The position numbers and the translations under genes were made by a program. Positions 33,089 to 38,144 of a stretch of 38,144 nucleotides of DNA are shown here, one piece after another. Origin of the DNA: Octopus bimaculoides (lineage: Eukaryota); contig NC_068983.1 of the NCBI RefSeq assembly GCF_001194135.2, forward strand, positions 160,653,678 to 160,691,821, written 5' to 3'. Positions within the stretch are counted from its first letter, which is position 1; each line of letters starts with the position of its first letter. The notes beneath the pieces are model-generated. The model was not told the origin of the DNA. It did no database searches and saw nothing but the letters and a program-made list of their open reading frames with translations.

Positions 33089-33292
33089 CTGAAGATCCTA
33101 TGCAATTCTGAGTAGCAAGAGACTGACTTGATTCAAATATAAACATTTGGAAGGCTTCAGGCAATGATATCCTCTGTGTGCATTGAACATTTGGACTTCC
33201 TACATGTGTGCTCAATGATTTGGAGATTTTCCAACCACTTCGAGAGAAACCTTCCTCACTGAACATTTCCAAAATGTTGGCAATCCCACTGC
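33089..33292 (-). CDS. Internal exon of unidentified host gene (204 nt, phase 1-1): (G)SGIANILEMFSEEGFSRSGWKISKSLSTHVGSPNVQCTQRISLPEAFQMFIFESSQSLATQNCIGSS
   Basis: Polypyrimidine tract tctgcttcttcttcctct...cag acceptor, consensus donor CAG|gtaagt, open frame, non-repetitive sequence. Confidence 0.65.
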
Positions 33293-33368
33293 CTGCTCAT
33301 TTAGAGGAAGAAGAAGCAGACATAGAGGTAAATATGTTCCATGATTGTTTTATTGTTAATGTTAAAGG

Positions 33369-33941
33369 TGCAGGAGTGGCTGTGTGGTAAGAAGCTTAGC
33401 AGTATTTCGTCTGCCGTTACGTTCTGAGTTCAAATTCCGCCGAGGTCGACTTTACCTTTCATCCTTTCGAGGGTCGATAAATTAAGTACCAGTTACGCAC
33501 TGGGGTTGATGTAATCGACTTAATCCGTTTGTCTGTCCTTGTTTGTCCCCTTTATATTTTAGTCCCTTGTGGGCAATAAAGAAATAAGAAGCTTGCTTCC
33601 CAACTAGATGGTTCCAGGTTCAGTCCCCCTGCATGGTACATTGTGCAATTGTTTTCCTACTATAGCCTTGGGCTGACCAAAGCTTTGTGAGTGGATTTGG
33701 GAGACAGAAACTGAAGGAAACCCGTTGTATATCTATGTATTTGTATGTCTGTGTTTGTTCCACCACCATCACTTGACAGCCGATGTTGGTGTGTTTACAT
33801 CCCTGTCACTTAGCAATTTGGCAAAAGAGACTGATACTAGTCTTACTAAAAATAAGTCCTGGAGTCAATTTCTTTGACTAAAAGACATCGCTCCAGCATG
33901 TCTGCAGTCAAATGACTGAAACGAATAAAAGAATAAAAGAA
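33369..33941 (+). mobile_element. Full-length family A SINE interrupted by a family C SINE
   Basis: Head gcaggagtggctgtgtggtaagaagctt resumes as gcttcccaac at 33595. Tail (AATAAAAG)n ends ~33941. Confidence 0.85.
33398..33584 (+). mobile_element. Young 5'-truncated family C SINE with 10-bp TSD
   Basis: Flanked by taagaagctt at 33388-33397 and 33585-33594. Core acctttcatcctttcgaggggtcgataaattaagtaccag. Confidence 0.88.
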
Positions 33942-34026
33942 TTATTAATCTTTAATATGATATCAAGTATTCCTTACTCCAATAGTCAGCACTAAACAAG
34001 AATCTTCATCATCATCATCATCGACG

Positions 34027-34061
<35 letters not shown>

Positions 34062-34515
34062 TATAATCATTGTAACATCTGCTTTTCGATTTCACTTGGG
34101 TTGGACTGAATTTGTTGAGGCAGATTTTCTATGGCTAGATGCCCTTCCTGTCAACAACCTTCACTTGTTTCCAAGAATGGTAGTGTTTCCCTATGGCAGG
34201 CATATTTTCACAGAATATTGGAAATGAAGGACATTGTTTACAGCTATCACACAATGGCAAAGCAATGAGACAGCAACATATACACTGCAACACACACTCA
34301 CACAAACACACACCGACCCCCCCCCCCACACACACACACACATACACATACACTCAGACACACATACACGTATGATGGGTATCTTTTCAGTTCCCATCTG
34401 TCTTTAGTGTGTCGAGTGTGTAAAAAAAGATGAAGACTGTTTACCACAATAAATGAAATTTATTTAGAAAGGATAGTACAAACACCGCTTTTACATGATG
34501 TAAGAAATCAAATAC

Positions 34516-34564
34516 CCCTGTGTCTTGGATCCCTTTTGAATGACAAGTAAGGGCTAATTAGCCG
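34516..34564 (-). CDS. Internal exon (49 nt, phase 0-1): RLISPYLSFKRDPRHR(G)
   Basis: Strong acceptor tttctgttaccttcacaattttgtctag, donor GGG|gtattt. The phases bridge exons 35927 and 33292. Confidence 0.55.
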
Positions 34565-34994
34565 CTAGACAAAATTGTGAAGGTAACAGAAACATCTGTG
34601 CATTGTCGTGTGTGAGGTTTAATCAGAAAATATATTCTGTTCACAACTTGGACTTACTGTGTGGCAGGTGCCAGCAAAGTCAGTAACAAAATTGGTAACA
34701 AAGTTGGTAAATTTCCTTGTAGACTGAACAAATCATCATAATAAAACAGAAGACAGTTGTCTGCAATCTGTTAAGCAGGCATCATTGTAGCAATGGTAAT
34801 AGGAAGTCATTAGAATGACAGTAACCACATGAGGTCTGTGGCCTTAGGCAGAGGAAAGATTCGTGCTCCTTGGTTGAGAAAAAGTGAGAGAGGAAGAGAG
34901 TGCAAAATGCTGGAATATGTAGGCGTTGCTGCTGCACCATCTGGTGGCCTTTTCCATCAAATGGACTAATTCAGCTATTTTCATTATGCTACAT

Positions 34995-35120
34995 GCCTAA
35001 TTCATGCATAAGGCTTTGGTCGGCCTGAGGCTATTGTAGGAAACACTTGCCGAAGGCACCACACAGTAGAACTGAACCCAAAGCCATATAGTTTGGAGGC
35101 AAACCATGTAACCACATGGT
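34995..35120 (-). mobile_element. Family A SINE head fragment
   Basis: aaggctttggtcggcctgaggctattgtaggaaacacttgcc...aactgaacccaaagccat, homologous to 35623-35776. Confidence 0.7.
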
Positions 35121-35340
35121 TATGTCTAATCCCCTGACACTATCCTTTTCTCTCCCATTCTCCACTTCTGCCTTATTTTACCTTCATACACCATCTTACT
35201 CACTCATGCATAACATGTGGTAGCATTGCATCTTCTACTCAACCATCCACATCGTCCTATCCCTCTAACTCTCTCTTACTCTCTCTCACTAATCCTCTGA
35301 CACTACTTTTCACTTTCACTCCTATAACATCTTCACTAAC

Positions 35341-35551
35341 ATTGTCTCTGAAAAGTTCTTCACTTTGGGTAAAAGAAAATACAGGAAGATCAGTTAATTA
35401 TGATTTTACTCAACATATTTCCCTCTCTGATGCACGCACTTATTGCAGTAGTGCTTCAGTTTCTCTAAGTCCTGTAAAAAAAACTTGGAAGTTCGGGCCT
35501 GCAACCAGGCCTTTCATGATACTCTTAAAGCCAGTAACTGTTCAGCACCCT

Positions 35552-35555
<4 letters not shown>
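35341..35555 (-). mobile_element. Mariner-derived MITE, second copy
   Basis: Reverse complement is collinear with 6023-6244 (gtgctgaacagttactggctttaagagtat...aatatgttgagtaaaatcataattaactg...gaacttttcag). Confidence 0.75.
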
Positions 35556-35622
<67 letters not shown>

Positions 35623-35623
<1 letters not shown>

Positions 35624-35776
35624 AAAGGCTTCTTTCAGTTTCCACCTGCCAGATCCACCCACAAGGCTTTGGTCAGCCCAGGACTATAGTAGAAGACACT
35701 TGCCCAAGGTGCCATGCAGTGGGACTGAGCCTGGAACCATGTGTTTGGGAAGCAAGCTTCTTACCACACTGCCACA
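35623..35776 (-). mobile_element. Family A SINE 5' half next to (CA)n(TA)n
   Basis: Reverse complement of head and body: gtggcagtgtggtaagaagcttgcttccc...ggcaccttgggcaagtgtcttctactatag. Confidence 0.8.
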
Positions 35777-35926
35777 CCTCTTTATACATATTATTTTCTT
35801 GCTAAAAATCCTAGTTTGTGTCAGTTGAATTTGGATTCCAGGAGTCAAAAGTAGCCAGGACTAGCAAAAGTATGCAGGGTCTATGTGTATGATACAAATT
35901 GTGCATGAGTCAAATGACAAACAAAC

Positions 35927-36133
35927 CATTGATGGCAGCAGTTCTGCATCAAATACATTATGAACTTTGAGAGTTAGAGGTGGTACAGTTCTAGCATAAT
36001 CAGTGGACATGGTCCTAGCTCCTCCATGCAAACATGACAAGCATTCCACCTTTGGATGAAAGACAATCTTTTGAATTTCTCTATCCATTTTAGAATTGTT
36101 AATGTAATTAGCAAGGATTGTATGGTAGAATGC
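35927..36133 (-). CDS. Upstream coding exon (phase 0 end): [AFYHTILANYINNSK]MDREIQKIVFHPKVECLSCLHGGARTMSTDYARTVPPLTLKVHNVFDAELLPSM
   Basis: Donor ATG|gtttgt. The 5' end is uncertain: weak acceptor at 36133, or initiation at ATG 36088 in an aaaATGG context. In frame with exon 34564-34516. Confidence 0.5.
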
Positions 36134-36341
36134 CTATCATGTTTACTGGAGATGTTGGTTCAAGTTCCAAAGGCAGCCTTTGAATTTTCCTATCCAAAGA
36201 ATTTTTTTTAACCCAATATTTACATGCTATTATTCATAGCATATCTGCTTCAAGATCCAATGCACCAAAAGAGAATTATTTCATATTCTCTTGAAGTTTC
36301 TAAATTCTTATGATGTCAATAATGTGTGTGTGTGTGTTTGT

Positions 36342-36391
<50 letters not shown>

Positions 36392-36445
36392 ATTACTGTT
36401 TCTTTTTATGTCCAGTTGTAATTTGGGGAAGGAATTAGTGCTCTT

Positions 36446-36938
36446 TTACTTTTTTACTTGTTTCAGTCATCTGATAGCAGCCATGCTGGAGCACAACCTT
36501 TAATTCAACAAATTGACCCCAGGACTTATTCTTTAGGAGCCTAGTACTTAATCNNNNNNNNNNNNNNNNNNNNNNNNNNNNNNNNNNNNNNNNNNNNNNN
36601 NNNNNNNNNNNNNNNNNNNNNNNNNNNNNNNNNNNNNNNNNNNNNNNNNNNNNNNNNNNNNNNNNNNNNNNNNNNNNNNNNNNNNNNNNNNNNNNNNNNN
36701 NNNNNNNNNNNNNNNNNNNNNNNNNNNNNNNNNNNNNNNNNNNNNNNNNNNNNNNNNNNNNNNNNNNNNNNNNNNNNNNNNNNNNNNNNNNNNNNNNNNN
36801 NNNNNNNNNNNNNNNNNNNNNNNNNNNNNNNNNNNNNNNNNNNNNNNNNNNNNNNNNNNNNNNNNNNNNNNNNNNNNNNNNNNNNNNNNNNNNNNNNNNA
36901 TATGTGTGTGTGTGTGTGTGTGTGTGTGAGTGTGTGTG

Positions 36939-36998
<60 letters not shown>

Positions 36999-37157
36999 CG
37001 ACAGTTTTCTTTCAGTTTCTGCCTACCAAATCCACTCACAAGGCTTTGGTCGGTGCAAAGCTATAGTAGAAGACACTTGCCCAAGATGCCATGCAGTGGG
37101 ATTGAACCCGGAATCATGTGGTTGGTAAGCAAGCTACTTACCACACAGCCACTTCTG
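36446..37157 (-). mobile_element. Family A SINE spanning an assembly gap (N 36554-36899)
   Basis: Tail portion at 36446-36553 and head portion at ~36998-37157, same orientation, with a (TG)n/(TA)n centre. Confidence 0.75.
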
Positions 37158-38106
37158 CACCTATATGAATATAAAATGTAAATATATACATATGTGTGCA
37201 TGTGCACGCATTTGTATGTGCGTGTGTATTACATATATATATATAGGCAAGCATGTATGTATTATTTACAAATGTATTATAAATAATATAATAAATATAT
37301 TACAAATGTGAGGTATCAAATATCTATCCCCCAAACAACAATCAAATTTCAATATAAAAGTAAATGAAAACACAAAAAAAAAAAAGAAAACAGGTAAATA
37401 TTTACTTTGATTTGAAAGATATTAATCATCGTCAGCTGATGTGTCTCTGTAAGTGGCTAACACTAACGTACGTTGCACTTGTAAATTGTTAGATTTAAAA
37501 CTCCCTTTTTTTTTCTCTCCTCATCCATTATAAAATAGGAAAAACTCTCTTTCTTTGATGCAGTTACTTAGGTATATTAAATTGAAGAAAAAAAAGTCAC
37601 CAAATATATGCCTCACCAGCCACTGGATGAAATGGTTGAAAACAAGAATAATATTTGACTAAAGTTATTTTCCATAATTGAAAATGTTACAACAGAAATG
37701 TTCCACACATAGTGTATGTATGCGCATGCATTTATTTACATACTTACACATACATACACACACACATATATGTATGCATATATACATATATATTTATTAT
37801 ATATATATGTATGTATGTATATATGTGTGTGTGTGTGTATGCATATATGTATATGCACATATATATATATATATAAATATATATATACACACACATATGC
37901 ATATCTATATCTGTCTATCTACCAATATATTTATATATCATCATCATCATCTATGCACAAACACATTCACACGTATATCTACATCTATTTATCTATCTAG
38001 TTGTATATACATATATAATATATATATAAATAACACTTTAACTCTTTGACTTGTTTCAGCTTTAAAACTGCGATCATGCTGAGCTACCACCATGATATAT
38101 ATATTA

Positions 38107-38144
<38 letters not shown>

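Overview
AT-rich, repeat-saturated animal genomic DNA with five N-gaps and dense (CA)n, (TA)n, (CAT)n and (ATT)n microsatellites. The repeat families look like those of an Octopus genome (my inference). Most of the window is decayed mobile DNA: a Tc1 element with DD36E catalytic spacing (245-1279), two degraded mariners (one with both TIRs, 20930-22086), two mariner-derived MITEs, a truncated RTE LINE (10783-12322) plus several RTE 3'-end fragments, a BovB-like RT fragment, and many tRNA-derived SINEs. No transposase or RT is intact. A host gene probably runs on the minus strand: three consecutive phase-compatible exons (36133/36088-35927, 34564-34516, 33292-33089) plus weaker candidates. I do not recognise the protein. 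The most striking structure is a ~520-bp fold-back element at 10215-10738. It combines a tRNA-type Pol III head, a ~390-nt near-palindrome and a minimal, dimer-type hammerhead ribozyme motif, and a second decayed hammerhead copy lies at 14644-14716. Most ORF-track entries are microsatellite or N-gap artefacts. No prokaryotic features or CRISPR arrays are present.
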